Assembly (NCBI RefSeq): GCF_004010195.1 | Contig: NC_057747.1 | Span: forward strand, 17,419,454 to 17,483,453 | Direction: 5' to 3' | Length of the DNA: 64,000 bases | Source: Chiloscyllium plagiosum | Taxonomy: Eukaryota | Part shown: piece after piece, positions 37,765 through 50,496 of the stretch | Position numbering within the stretch: the first letter of the stretch is position 1 | Layout of the letters: each line of letters starts with the position of its first letter | Notes under the pieces: generated by a model | What the model was told of the DNA's origin: nothing | Seen by the model: only the letters and a program-made list of their open reading frames with translations | The model's database searches: none | Program-made: the position numbers and the translations under genes

Positions 37765-39865
37765 TCTGGGGAAACTGAAAGGTCTGAAGGTAGACAAATC
37801 AGCTGGAGCAGATGGACTAAATTTCAGAGTTCTTAAGGAGTTAGCTGAGGATATTGTAGAGGCATTGGTGGTGATCTTGCAGGAATCATTGGCATCAGGG
37901 AGGGTTCCACAGAACTGGAAAATGGGTAATGTAACACTCCTGTTTAAGAAGAGAGTGTGGCAGAAGACCGGAAAATATAGACTGGTTAGCCTGACTTTGG
38001 TTGCTGGTCAGATTTTAGAGTCCATTATGAAGAATAAGATTATGGAGTAGTTGGAAGTGCATAGTTAAATACAGCTGAGTCAGCACGGCTTTGTCAAGGG
38101 GAGGACATGCCTGATACATCTGTTTGAATTCTTTGAGCTGGTAATGAGCAAGTTAGACAAAGGAGAGCCAGTGGATGTCATAGAGTCATAGAGATGTACA
38201 GCACAGAAACAGACCCTTCAGTCCAACCCGTCCAAGCCAACCAGATATTCCAACCCAATCTAGTCCCACCTGCCAGCACCCGGCCCATATCCCTCCAAAC
38301 CCTTCCTATTCATATACCCATCCAAATGCCTTTTAAATGTTGCAATTGTACCAGCCTCCACCACTTCCTCTGCTGCTCATTCCATACATGTACCACTCTC
38401 TGCGTGAAAAAGTTGCCCCTTAGGTCTCTTTTATACCTTTCCCCTCTTACCATAAACCTATGCCCTCTAGTTCTGGACTCCCCAACCCCAGGGAAAAGAC
38501 TTTGCCTATTTACCCTATCCATGCCCCTCAAAATTTTGTAAACCTCTATAAGGTCACCCCTCAGCCTCCAAAGCTCCAGGGAAAACAGCCCCAGCCTGTT
38601 TAGCCTCTTCCTATAGCTCAAATCCTTCAGCCCTGACAACATCCTTGTAAATCTTATCTGAACCCTTTCAAATTTGATATCTTTTCAATAGGAAGGAGAC
38701 CAGAATTGCACACAATATTCCAATAGTGGCTTAACCAATGTGCTGTACAGCTGCAACATGACCTCCCAACTCCTGTACTCAATACTCAGGATTCCCTCCA
38801 ACAACTTGCTCACCACCAAGGTCAGGCTCACTGGTCTATAGTTCCCTGGCTTGTCCTTACTGCCCTTCTTAAACAGTGGCACCACTTTTGCCAACCTCCA
38901 GTCTTCTGGCACCTCACCTGTGACTATCGATGATACAAATATCTCAACAAGAAGCCCAGCAATCACTTGTCTAGCTTCCCACAGAGTTCTCGGGTACACC
39001 TGATCAGGTCCTGGGGATTTATCCACTTTTACTCATTTCAAGACATCCAGATGTATTTGAATTACTAAAAGGCCTTTACAATGTGCTGCACAGGAGGCTG
39101 CTGAATAAAATAAGAGCCCATGGTGTAAGGGATAAGGTACTGGCATGGATAGAGGATTGGCTGACTGGTAGAAGACATAGAGTAGGGATAAATTGGGCTT
39201 TTTCAGGATGGCAGCCAGTAGCTAGTGGCGTTCTGCAGGGGTCAGTTTTCAGATCACAATTATACATGTTATGCATTAGAAATCTGAATGAAGGAACTGA
39301 GGGCATTGCTGCTAAGTTTGTAGATGACAAAGGTAGCCAGGGCAGGTACTATTGAAGAAGGGAGGAGGCTGCAGAGGAATTGGAGAGGCGAGAAGAGTGG
39401 AAAAGAAGTGGCAGATGGAACACAATGTGGGAAGGCGTGAGATGTGTACTTTGGTGGAAGAATAGAGGTATAGACTAGTTTCTAAATAGGGAAAGGCTTT
39501 AGAAATCTGAAGCTCAATGGAATTTGGAAGTCCTAGTTCAGGATTCTTTTAAGATGTTTCTACTTTTGGGAGAGACTGGAACCTGAGGGCACAGGCTCAG
39601 AGTGAAGGGACAGCCCTTCAGAAATGAAAAAAAGAGCTATTTTTTCAGCCGGAGGGTGGTTAATCTATGGAACTCATTGCTACAGATGGCTGTGGAGGCC
39701 AAGTCATTGAGTGTATTTAAGAGGGAGAGAGGTAGATTCTTCATTAGTAAGGGGATTATGGGGAGATGGCAGGAGAATAGGATTGAAAAACACATCAGCC
39801 ATGATCAAATGGAGAAGCAGACTTGATGGACTAAATCATCTAATTCTGTTCCTATATCTTATAGC
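37765..39865 (+). mobile_element. CR1 ORF2 fragment with a nested, inverted, internally deleted young CR1 (38179-39050, minus)
   Basis: Outer RT motifs QHGFVKGRTCL, SGVLQGSV and KFVDD are split at the VDV-YL motif by the inner element. Confidence 0.9.
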
Positions 39866-42189
39866 CTTTTGGTCTCATCATTTGTCTGTAGAAGACATTG
39901 GAATCCTCCTTTATGTTGGATGCCCATCAATTTCAATATTCCCACAATGCTTCTCTTACTTACTTTGTTACCACCCCACTGAAGCTTCTATATTCGGCCT
40001 GGTTCTCAATTGCATTTTTATGTGACACCTTGCATTAGTAACCTGTTTCTTTGTCAGAATTTCTACATCTTATGTGATCCAGGAAGCTTTGAATTTGTTT
40101 GCCTCACCTTTTCATTTTGAAAGAGTTTTCCTTCTCTTTTCCCTTTATTGATCCAATCAAGGGATGTGGGTTTTACTGCTGGGCCAGCATTTATTACCCA
40201 TCTCTCGTCACCCTTGAGAAAATGATGAGCTGTCATCTTGGACTACAGCAGTCCATTTGGTGTGAGCTGGAGGTTGGGGCAAATGTTGGGGTGCTCACTG
40301 GGTTGGGGTGGTATAGCAGCAAGGGGTGGGGTTTGCAATGATAGGTGGGTGAGGGGTTGGGGTAACATGTGGGTAAGAGGATACAATGCCAGATGATTGA
40401 GGAGGTAATGTGAATGATGACTGAGGGGTGGGGCGGCAGCTGAGTGTCGTCCTCATTAGCAGTCACTCACTAACAATTATAATTGTCTATCTCAGAAATT
40501 CCGTGTCACTGGTCATGGGTTCTGTGGACCCTTATATGGCACTGATGAGCCTGATCCTAGAGCTACATCTCCCACTACACCTTTGGCAGATGTCTCCAGG
40601 AGATGGAATTGGTCCTTGTCCTCGAGATCACTGGCTTTCCTTTCTCCGGTTCCTTTTCTGTACTTGCTCTTGCTGGAATAGCGTGTCATGTGGGTGAGGG
40701 GTAGGTTGGTAGGTGGATGAGGGCATAGGGTGACAGTGATTGAAGGGTTGAGATGTCAGGTAGGTGAGGGGGTGCATGGCAGGAGGGTAGGTGTTAGGAT
40801 AGCAGATCGGTGAAGGGTTTACATACCATGTAGGCAAAGGGATAGGTACATGGATGAATGAGTAGAGTAGATCATGATGTGGTTGGGGGAAAGAGATTCA
40901 GGTTGAAGGTATTTACAAGACAAATCCATTTCGGGGTGGTTGGGTCCAACTGGGGGCAGGTATGCTTGAGTGATTGGTCTTTGGAATCGCTTTGAGTAGT
41001 TGGAGGGTTCAGATTTATGTGGCGATGAGGGTGTCGGTGAGGTGCAATGGAAGGAGTATCTAGTATCTGTGGAGAGTCTGATGGGGGTGAATTGTGAGTT
41101 TCAATCCCTCTAACGTGTCCTGGGTAACTATTAAACAAAACCAGTCAGGACTGCACAAAGTCTCAACCTCTAACTCAGAGCTGGGTCTTTTCTCAGAGGG
41201 TTCTCAGAAATCCCCTCAGAAATCTCAACTTCCAGGGTCATTCCCAGGGAATCAGCCCCATCAGCATTTCCACGTGATTTTTCTGTCTATGCTGCTGCAA
41301 CAATTATTTTCCCATCAGAACATCTTTCCACCTGGCAGTCTGCCCCTGAAACCCATCAATCCTATTTATCAAACTCCTTCATTCGCACACATTGTGAGAA
41401 ACAATTCCCAATGCAATATTGTCTGCCAGTCTGAATAATGATTTAATCTAAGCTTCCCCATTGCACCGAGAAGCAAAACCTGAATTGCTTAATCCTGAAA
41501 TTGTATCCACCATTGGAATGCTACGTGGAGACTGTACCATTTTACCTTTAAGTCATTCACCATCTGGTTTCTCCATCCGTTTTTAGCAGAGGTATCTCCA
41601 TGCATTTCTCCATTGTTACGCCAAAGATAGTACAATGTCAAACACTTAATAGCATGGCCTTACAACCAACTTATATTACAAATGAAGTGCAGCGGTATAG
41701 ATCTGTGACCACCTCTTCCATGGGTGACCTACTTCACATAAAATGATAAATGACTGCAAAGTTTAGTGGAAAAGCCATATAGTAAAACATTAGTATTATT
41801 GAAGTTGTAAAGTGAGAACACAGAATACAACGAACTCATTCTTCACAGCTGGCTATATTGGAACTGATTGCATTTTAATTAAATGAAGCAGTGTAAATCA
41901 TTTAACTTGGACAGACATGTTTGTTGATCATTGTAATTATGGGTAAGAATATTCGCAAATGTAAGAGAATTGTTATTAAAGAACGATTGTGTATAAAACA
42001 GTATGGTGCCAGAATGGTCACTCAATCTTGGCCACAAGAACAATAAATTATGCTCCTTCACAAAGGCCTGGCTGTGATTTAATGAATGCATTTCAAAGTC
42101 TGCAAATGCGATTTAATAGGCTTGACTGTACTGCAGTCATGAGACACTCTTCAAGATTGCTAAACCTTCCCCCTGCCCTCCTCTCTGTC

Positions 42190-42262
42190 CCAGAAATTAC
42201 ATAAACAACTGACGTGTATCAATGCTTGTTTAATGCCTTGATTTGATCAGCAATATTTAAGG
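42190..42262 (+). promoter_or_regulatory. RGR proximal promoter: D-box-like TTACATAA, CRE-like TGACGT, TATA-like TATTTAA
   Basis: TTACATAA 42197-42204, TGACGT 42210-42215, TATTTAA 42254-42260; ATG at 42299. Confidence 0.45.
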
Positions 42263-42298
42263 GAACAAGTCAGGTTCTTGCTGTACCAGGGTGTAAAA

Positions 42299-42377
42299 AT
42301 GGTATCTACCAAACCTATCATTGAGGGATTCAGTGAGCTGGAAGTATTTGCACTCGGGACTGCTCTATTACTTGAAG
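42299..42377 (+). CDS. RGR: RGR exon 1 (MVSTKPIIEGFSELEVFALGTALLLE)
   Basis: Matches the RGR N-terminus pattern GFxELEVxAxG. Donor G|gtaaag; 79 nt. Confidence 0.93.
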
Positions 42378-42986
42378 GTAAAGATGGGCTTGTTTGATTT
42401 CACAGAAACTTGTAAAATTGATATATCGGTATACATTAGATTAATTTATCCTCAGTTTCTGCCATTAATACAATATTCCCTCACAGTGACAATGCAATGT
42501 CCTTGAACACCAATTTGTGATAATAATTTTGCCTCCTTGTAGCATATGAATAAGTGGGAAAACTCTAGGTTTATGTGAGTCAATATCAAATATATGTGTG
42601 AATGCTATGTTTGTCTAGCAAGACAATATTTTACCTTTCACATTTGCATTAGCCAAGAAAATCTTAGAATTCAAATGAGATTTCCAAAGTGCATGTCTGG
42701 GATTACTTTGCATGGTTATTTCAGCTATTAGAAAAACTGAACACAGCAAATTCAATAAACTCCAGACTACATTGTAAGTGTGATTATATGTGAGCTGGTT
42801 TGATAATGATTTAACTACAACCTGCTTCAACATTAATGAATAAAGGGGTACTTTGTTGACGTGGTGTTACTTCTCAAGAAAAAAGCAAAGGAAAACATTG
42901 TAACTGTGTGATGCAGCCCAAATGAAAAGCAATATGTTATGTCTCATCATTTGGACCCATCCCTTGATTTCTGTTCTCTTTCACAG

Positions 42987-43143
42987 CTCTCCTTGGACTT
43001 CTCCTGAATGTGATAACGATTTTATCCTTTTACAAGATAAAGGAAATCCAGACACCAAGCAATCTCTTAATAGCCAGCTTGGCTGTATCAGACACTGGCA
43101 TCTGCTTGAATGCATTTGTAGCTGCTTTCTCAAGCTTTCTAAG
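42987..43143 (+). CDS. RGR: RGR exon 2 (TM1-TM2)
   Basis: ALLGLLLNVITILSFYKIKEIQTPSNLLIASLAVSDTGICLNAFVAAFSSFLR. Acceptor ctctttcacag, donor AG|gtagac; 157 nt. Confidence 0.94.
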
Positions 43144-43711
43144 GTAGACACGGTTATCAATTTCTCGGTTTGGTTTCAGAAAATTACATAAGGTGTACAG
43201 CACAGAAGAAGGTAATTTGGCTCAATTGATCGATTCCAGTGTTACAGCAGCCTCTTCTCATCCTTCATCACATCCAATCAATGTTACTTTCTATTCCTCC
43301 CTCCTTCATGTTGTAACAATCAAATGGCAAGGGGGAATGAGTTCTGTTTTTCTCAATTCCCCCTCAGTCAATTGCAAGAAGTATTTTTTACTTCTTTAGC
43401 ATGCAGTTGTACCACACATTAATTAAAGATATGGGTAGTAGACCAAAATAAAGGAACCAATTACAAGGGTTTCTTAAGTAAAAGAATATTTCTATTACTT
43501 ATTAACCCCGAGTAAAATAATAAAAACACAACATCAAAACTACACAACACAGCTGATAACTTTAAAAGGATAAGTGCCTTGTACAGACAGTAAGAATAAA
43601 GGCTACACTTAAAATCCTTAGAATTCTTCAGGTGTAAGACTTCTAACCTGACACCACAGTTGTTTAATTGTCAATTGGTAACCTCAGCAGTGGTAAAACT
43701 TGTAGGTACCT

Positions 43712-43835
43712 TGGAGGTGGAGGTGCCTTGGACTGGGGTGGGCAAGATCAAAAGTCACACAACACTGTGTTATAGTTTAACAAGTTTATTTGAAATCACA
43801 AGCCTTCAGAGTGCTGCCCCTTTGTCACTTGAACT
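43712..43835 (-). mobile_element. Family B mini-element (degenerate hammerhead) in RGR intron 2
   Basis: Matches the left arm of the element at 15211: TTGGACTGGGGTGG...AAAAGTCACACAACAC...TTTATTTGAAATCACAAGC. Confidence 0.7.
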
Positions 43836-44806
43836 GTACTTTCCACAATTTGTTTTTTCATAATTTGTTTTATCATTTGATGCTGTCTTCCTCCGATGAT
43901 GAGAAACACAGAGAGGAAGAAAGTGTCCTGCTATTAGCAATCCCGATTCTTTCTTTCTGCTCTGCTGGTTAAAACCACCTACTGAAATATGGCTTAGTAT
44001 ATATTCCGGTGTTTGATTTCATTGTCTTCACAAACTGTCTTTGCAGTCACGTCTCTCATCTGTCAAAATATGCAATTATCACACAGTTGTGAATTAAAAC
44101 AGAAGACGTGAATCTGAGATGCTTATTTCAATTGTCAAGTTTCAAAATGTTTATATAAAATGACAATTTCAACGCAGGTGGTTTTGTTTATTCCACATTA
44201 GACTGCTGGACTTAGCTCAGCCTATTGTCAGGTAATCATGAAAATCATTGTAGAAGAGTTTTATTCTTTTAAAACAATTTTAGTCAATAAAATGTATAAG
44301 GTATAAAAATCAGATGATGGAAATTAACATCCATATTTACCACCATTGTAACATTATATTTATCTAGCTGCCTCTTAAATGTTAAATATATGTTTCACAT
44401 TCTAATTAAAGAGTTCTCCTGAATTTGCAACTGGATTTATTAGTTGCTGCCTTATGTTTATAGTACCTAATTTTGAACTCCCATACTTGGACACTTACCC
44501 TATATTGTTGAATTTTTTAGACTAGTCTTAAAGGTTAAAATTATAGTTACATGATACTACTTTTGAGGGGCTGAAATTCATGCTACATTCCAAAATATTG
44601 TATCATTAGCAGAAGCCCAATTGGTCACTAAATAAAGAAAGAAAAAAATGTTGATCTGTTATCTGTAAAGAACTAGGGTTGACTTTTACATGAGATAAAT
44701 GGAAAATGCCAGATTTTTCGGACAAAAATAGGGAATTGACTTTTACATGAGATTGACTTTTACTCACGTATGTACAGTATATGTTTGTTGCCTGCTTCCC
44801 TCACAG

Positions 44807-44928
44807 GTATTGGCCTTATGGATCTGAAGGTTGCCAGACTCACGGTTTCCAAGGATTTTTGACATCCCTCGCCAGTATTAATGCATGTGCTGCCATTGCT
44901 TGGGACAGGTACCACCTAAACTGTAGCA
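44807..44928 (+). CDS. RGR: RGR exon 3 (TM3, His91, DRY)
   Basis: YWPYGSEGCQTHGFQGFLTSLASINACAAIAWDRYHLNCS. Acceptor ccctcacag, donor A|gtaagt; 122 nt. Confidence 0.95.
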
Positions 44929-46083
44929 GTAAGTCATTCCAAGCTAACTCTGAAACACAACTGACACAGACTGAATTGCCTTCTGACAATAACGTTTTGT
45001 TTCAGTTTATCCTCTTTACAGTTTACAAAGTAAATCTGAGAAGGTCAGGAAATTATGAAATATAAAGAAGTGTTATATTTTTTTCCCCTAAGACAATTAG
45101 ATTATAAAAGAAGCATAGGAAACTTTAAATTTGTAATGAAGACATGGTTGAAACCTTTTCTGGGATCGACTTGTATAACAGTTTAATCTGCCTCTCTGGA
45201 GCCTTAGAAAAACAAGTTTATTCATCTGAGTGTCAGAGATGTGAACAAACTGTAAAATTGGAAGCAGGACAAAAAATTCCAAATCCATTTGAAGCCTGAT
45301 AAAGTTGTGTCCAGCTCCTTATTAAAACAGCAGTCATTGTGAAGCTTATTAGGATTCATCCCTTGTGAACAAATTAACAATTAGTGAAAGACTCATTGTG
45401 CAGTTGATCTTTCTTTAAGCAGTCTGTTGGCCAATTCTAGCCAAGTGGAGCTTCAACTTATTCCCGTTTCTCCTTTAACAAAGCACTTAAGTGTAGTGAT
45501 TCCAAATAGTCACAGTGCTGGTCAGTTATATAAAGAGCTGTGGAAATAATCCCCTTTTCATGAACTGGAAATGCACTAAAGCTGATGTAATTTTTTTAAA
45601 ATTTCCACGTTCTCTTCTAACCAGAGGATGGTGATGCATTACTGGACTGTAATTCCATTGTGGCAGTAAAGCCTTTACAAGCTGCTTAATTATAGGAAAG
45701 CATTATGGTCAACCTTCAAACTGTCCACACTTTTGTTAGAAAAGGTCACTCGAGAACTGTTAGAGGTAAGAATCCTGGATAACTTCCATTTATCTAACCC
45801 CATATATCACGGATCAAACTTGGGACCATTTTGGAGTGATGCTCAGCTGATTGGTGATTCAAATCACAGTATACCCTGACATACCTGAATGTTGGCAATA
45901 GTTTGTACATGTCCAGAAAACTAAGCAAGCTATAATATTAAAGTTGTTTTCTTTTCTGCAAATTAATTGTGAAAATGCTGGTTGGTGAACTTAACGGTGA
46001 GTTAGCTTAGCTTAGATTTTCACTGATTAAATACTGCTTACGTATGGATTGACATCCATCCATGCATTAAATCCTATTTATAG

Positions 46084-46237
46084 GATCTAGATTACAATGG
46101 AACAGTACCGTGACTATTTTGGCAATTATCTGGGGATTTGCTGGATTCTGGGCTTCTATGCCCTTATTTGGATGGGGTGAATATGATTACGAACCATTAA
46201 GAACTTGCTGCACCCTGGACTACTCAAAAGGTGACAG
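46084..46237 (+). CDS. RGR: RGR exon 4 (TM4, ECL2 with Glu156)
   Basis: RSRLQWNSTVTILAIIWGFAGFWASMPLFGWGEYDYEPLRTCCTLDYSKGDR. Acceptor atttatag, donor AG|gtacgt; 154 nt. Confidence 0.95.
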
Positions 46238-46429
46238 GTACGTCGATGAATTTCTTATTAATGCAATTCATCCTCAGGATGTAGGTCTTGCTGGCAAGAG
46301 TGGCATTTATTGGCAATCCATAGTAGCGCTGAGAAAGTGTAGTGGACCTTCTTTGTTCTTGGTTAGCACAAACAAATAATTTTGCAAAGCTGTTGGACAG
46401 AGACGATAAGAATTAATCAAGAGGCACAG

Positions 46430-47334
46430 TTAGTCAGTTTGCAGATGACACCAAAATTGGAGGTGTAGTGGACAGATTACAACAGGATCTTGAGCAGATG
46501 TGCCAATGGGCTGAGAAGTGGCAGATTGAGTTTGATTCAGGTAAATGCGAGGTGCTGCATTTTGGGAAAGCAAACCTTGGCAGGACTTATACACTTAATG
46601 GTAAGGTCTTAGGGAGTGTTGCTGAACAAAGAGACCTTGGAGTGCAGGTTCATAGCTCCTTGAAAGTGGAGTCGCAGGTAGATAGGATAGTGAAGAAGGC
46701 GTTTGGTATGCTTTCCTTTATTGGTCAGAGTATTGAGTACAGGAGTTGGGAGGTCATGTTGCAGCTGTACAGGACATTGGTTAGGCCACTGTTGGAATAT
46801 TGCAAGCAATTCTGGTCTCCTTCCTATTGGAAAGATGTTGTGAAACTTGAAAGGGTTCAGAAAAGATTTACAAGAATGTTGCCAGGGTTGGAGGATTTGA
46901 GCTATAGGGAGAGGCTGAAAAAGCTGGGGCTGTTTCCCCTGAAGCGTCAGAGGCTGAGGGGTGACCTTATAGAGGTTTATAAAATGTTGAGGGGTAAATA
47001 GGCAAAGTCTTTTCCCTGGAGTTGGGGAGTCCAGAACTAGAGGACATGGGTTTCGGGTCAGAGGGTAAAGATATAAAAGAGACTTAAGGGGCAACTTTTT
47101 CACGCAGAGGGTGGTACGTGTATGGAATGAGCTGCCAGAGGAAGTGGTGAAGGCTGGTACAATTGCAACATTTAAGAGGCATTTGGATGGGTATATGAAT
47201 AGAAAGGGTTTGGAGGGATATGGGCCGGGTGGTGGCAGGTATGGGACTAGATTGGGTTGGGATATCTGGTCAGCATGGACGGGTTGGACCGAAGGGTCTG
47301 TTTCCATGCTGTACATCTCTATGACTCTATGACA
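46430..47334 (+). mobile_element. Young CR1/HER 3' fragment in RGR intron 4
   Basis: FADDTKIGG, KCEVLHFG, RDLGV, LERVQKRFTRM; (CTATGACT)n tail. Confidence 0.93.
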
Positions 47335-47529
47335 TGGAACAGGAAGATAGTTTCACCTTCTGGCCACTAAATGGCTAATTCAAGTGGGCAGATGACTGAC
47401 TGTTTCGCATGCTCTACAGGCCTCTGATCATCATTTGACCCTGAAGTCAGGGTCCCAAAACCCAAAAGGAAATTTTTTTGAACACCAAAGACCTGATGAC
47501 TCTTCAACCCTATCTCATACATCAATGTT

Positions 47530-47910
47530 AGCTCCCAGTCACCCAACAGCTTAATTTTAAAATCCTTGATTTCGCTTTTAAATTCCTCATGACCTCACTT
47601 GATCCTATCTCTGCATCCTCCTCCAGCTCTACCATTTCTTTAAACTCTGCATCCCTCTGCCAATTATCCTCTTGTACATTACCCCCACTTGCTTTGCCCA
47701 TCTTTGGCAGTCATGCCTTCAGAAGCCTAAGCTCCCACTGGCAATCTCTAAATTCTTCTTTAAGACCCTCCATACACCTGGTCTATTCACCCTTTTGCTC
47801 ATCACATCTGATCTTTTCTTCTGTGGCTTGATATCCATCTTCCATCACACCTCTGTGAAGCTCCTTGGAATCTCACTCTAAATAAAAGGCACTACATAAA
47901 TGCAAGTTGT
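47530..47910 (+). mobile_element. L2-type LINE 3' end remnant
   Basis: LPVTQQLNFKILDFAFK-like ORF end, GSHAFRSL motif, tail AAAGGCACTACATAAATGCAAGTTGT. Confidence 0.6.
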
Positions 47911-48437
47911 ATCTGGGCAGAAGAACACTTACAAATTTAAATCCTTTTGCAGAAAAGGAGAATTACTGCTCTCAAAATGCAGGTAAATTCTTGGAGTGCT
48001 AATGGGTGTCCATTGGGATCCAGGAGAATGTTACAAACAAAATTTGACACTATGTTGGATCTAAAGTCTATGCAGCATCAAACTGAATCACATCAGCTCT
48101 GATTCCAGACATGCACTACTTTTGCTCCATGTGAAGTACCAGCTGCAAAGCTAAAAGTATGAAGCACCTTAGATTAATTCAGTTTAAATAAAGAAAGACA
48201 TTCTGTTCCTTTTGAGAAATTAGTCCTGAGCAGATATCTTCAATGAGGCCTGAGGATCCCTTTGGGAATACTCTTGTAGCTACATTGCCTGCAGCAAGTC
48301 AAAGCTCAACCATGTCCACTGTCTGCATAATATAAACTGCAGATGCTGTAAAATTAGGCATGTTATTCTCCTCTGTGAAACATGAATTGGAGTCTGACAC
48401 ATAACATTGTCTGTACCTTGATTTATTTTCCCACCAG

Positions 48438-48555
48438 AACATTTGTCTCATTCTTCATTTCGGTGGCATTTTTTGAATTTGTCTTCCCACTTTTCATCTT
48501 GGTAACTTCTTACCAATCTTGTGCCAATAAATTCAAGAAAACCGGACAAGTCAAG
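48438..48555 (+). CDS. RGR: RGR exon 5 (TM5)
   Basis: TFVSFFISVAFFEFVFPLFILVTSYQSCANKFKKTGQVK. Acceptor ttttcccaccag, donor AAG|gtaaaa; 118 nt. Confidence 0.93.
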
Positions 48556-50192
48556 GTAAAAATAAGTTATGTAATCTTATTAAGCCTGCAACAAAATGTC
48601 TTCGATATTTTCATTGCCATGACAGTACACTTGCAGTTTAAACATAGTTTTCTTGATTGTTTTAATGATCTTACTGTACAGACTTTTGTTCTAAATGCAT
48701 TAAAAGGGGATAGTGCATAAAAAAAACAACTGTGCATAACTTCTTCTAATTCATTATATGGGGCAATAATATTTGCCAAGTGCTAATCAAAGCAAGTTAT
48801 TAATGGAGCAAGTTGTTTAACAAATACAATGAAAGAGTGTGTTTCTGTAAATTAGTATGAGCAAATACTGAGACGTTGTCACAATTGGTGAAGTTATCAG
48901 GGATACATCTCTAGGTGGTTGGTGGTCTGACATCATTAGATTATCTTTCTATCGCACATCTGGGGATGTCAGATTGACTTAACTGGTAAAGGGAATTGAG
49001 CAGAAATGTTAACTCCTATAATGCATTCTGTAAAATAGATTTCACTCACCACATCCACGAGTGACAATGTTCCCAAACTTATATGACCATATCCTGTTGA
49101 GTGCATCTCCTGTCTTCTTTGGATTACAAGTGTTAGTTTCAAGAGTGTCGTGCCAATGAGCTCCTTTCCAAGGAGGCTTACCTGTCTCAGTTGGATCTTC
49201 CCTCGTGCTGTACTTACTTTCCACATGGGTACTATCCGAGCTAGTTTGACCATTTCTCATCCCTCCAAATCCTGCAATAACTATACAGTTAAATCATTGT
49301 AACTTCTTCCTGAAGCATGCTAAAAAAAAAGTCTTATTCCCTATGTTGCTATAGCTGTACTTGTATAAGTTCCCTTTCTACTTCTGATAGATGAAGAAAC
49401 TACTTACAGAAAGAGCTTGGAGAAAACAAAAAGAGTGTTTTTCTAATGAAGAGTAGTGAAGAGAGTGAGTCTATTCCTATTTCTACATTTACAGATAGAA
49501 ACTGACTGGGATATACGTCAGACTAAGAATATCTGCTACTATTATCTGGAGAACCATCATGCTTTATTTTTATGCATTTGCATCAAAGAAATGTTCACAT
49601 CCCATTTTCCTGTTGACTGGTTTTCTTGTTCAAAACTAATGATCCCATAAATCTCATAACATCTTGGAGTCCCATCCTTAAGTCCTTGGGCTGCCTTTAA
49701 ATTGATCAAACCTGGATTCTTGAAGATTTTGAAACTGAATGTATTGTTCCTATTCCCAGGTTGTCCACATAATTTTAACAATTTAATATTTTGTGAAATA
49801 TTGCCCTTGGCTCTGATTTTTGATTTTGAAATAACTAAAGGTGCCAATGTAATGTTATAGATGAGTCATGGGAATCTGATTGCACATTAACATAGATACT
49901 GTAGTTTGGAACTACAGATGGTGATGTTAGGGACTTCAATTTTCTTATCATCACATGCATGGCCACTCGGGTGTTTGGCAAGTATTTGCTGTTGATACTC
50001 AGTCTTTTTGGTCACGTTATGAATGCACTTTCTTTGTCTATCAAGGCCATCGAGAAGTGGGACTTGAACTTTGAACTTCTGGGTCAGGAACAAGAACTCG
50101 CTGTCCCAAACATCCTCAACAATGTTACCAGTAGGGAATGGTTATTTGTAGAGACAAGCATTCATGCTGAAACTAATTTTGAATATTTATAG

Positions 50193-50496
50193 TTTAGATT
50201 AGGTTAGATTTCCTACAGTATAGAAACAGGCCCTTCGGCCCAACATGTCCATAATGACCATCTGAAGAGTAACCCACCCAGGCTCATTCCCCTACCCTAT
50301 ATTTACCCTGACTAATGCACCTAGCACTATGGGCAATTTAGCATGGCCAACTCACCTGACCTGCACATCTTTGGATTGTGGGAGGAAATCGGAGCACCCA
50401 GAGGAAACCCACAGAGACGGTCATCCGAGGTGGGAATCGAACCTGGGTCCCTGGCGCTGTGAGGTAGCAGTGCTAACCACTGAGCCACTGTGCCGC
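50193..50496 (-). mobile_element. HE1-type V-SINE in RGR intron 5
   Basis: Head GCGGCACAGTGGCTCAGTGGTTAGC on minus, with a small internal deletion. Confidence 0.88.

Noticed and set aside
43405-44050. Possible solo LTR on the minus strand in RGR intron 2
   Set aside because: Composition is suggestive but I could not define termini or a TSD.
46609-47316. 235-aa minus-strand ORF
   Set aside because: Antisense of a CR1 3' end; the same text recurs in the other CR1 copies.
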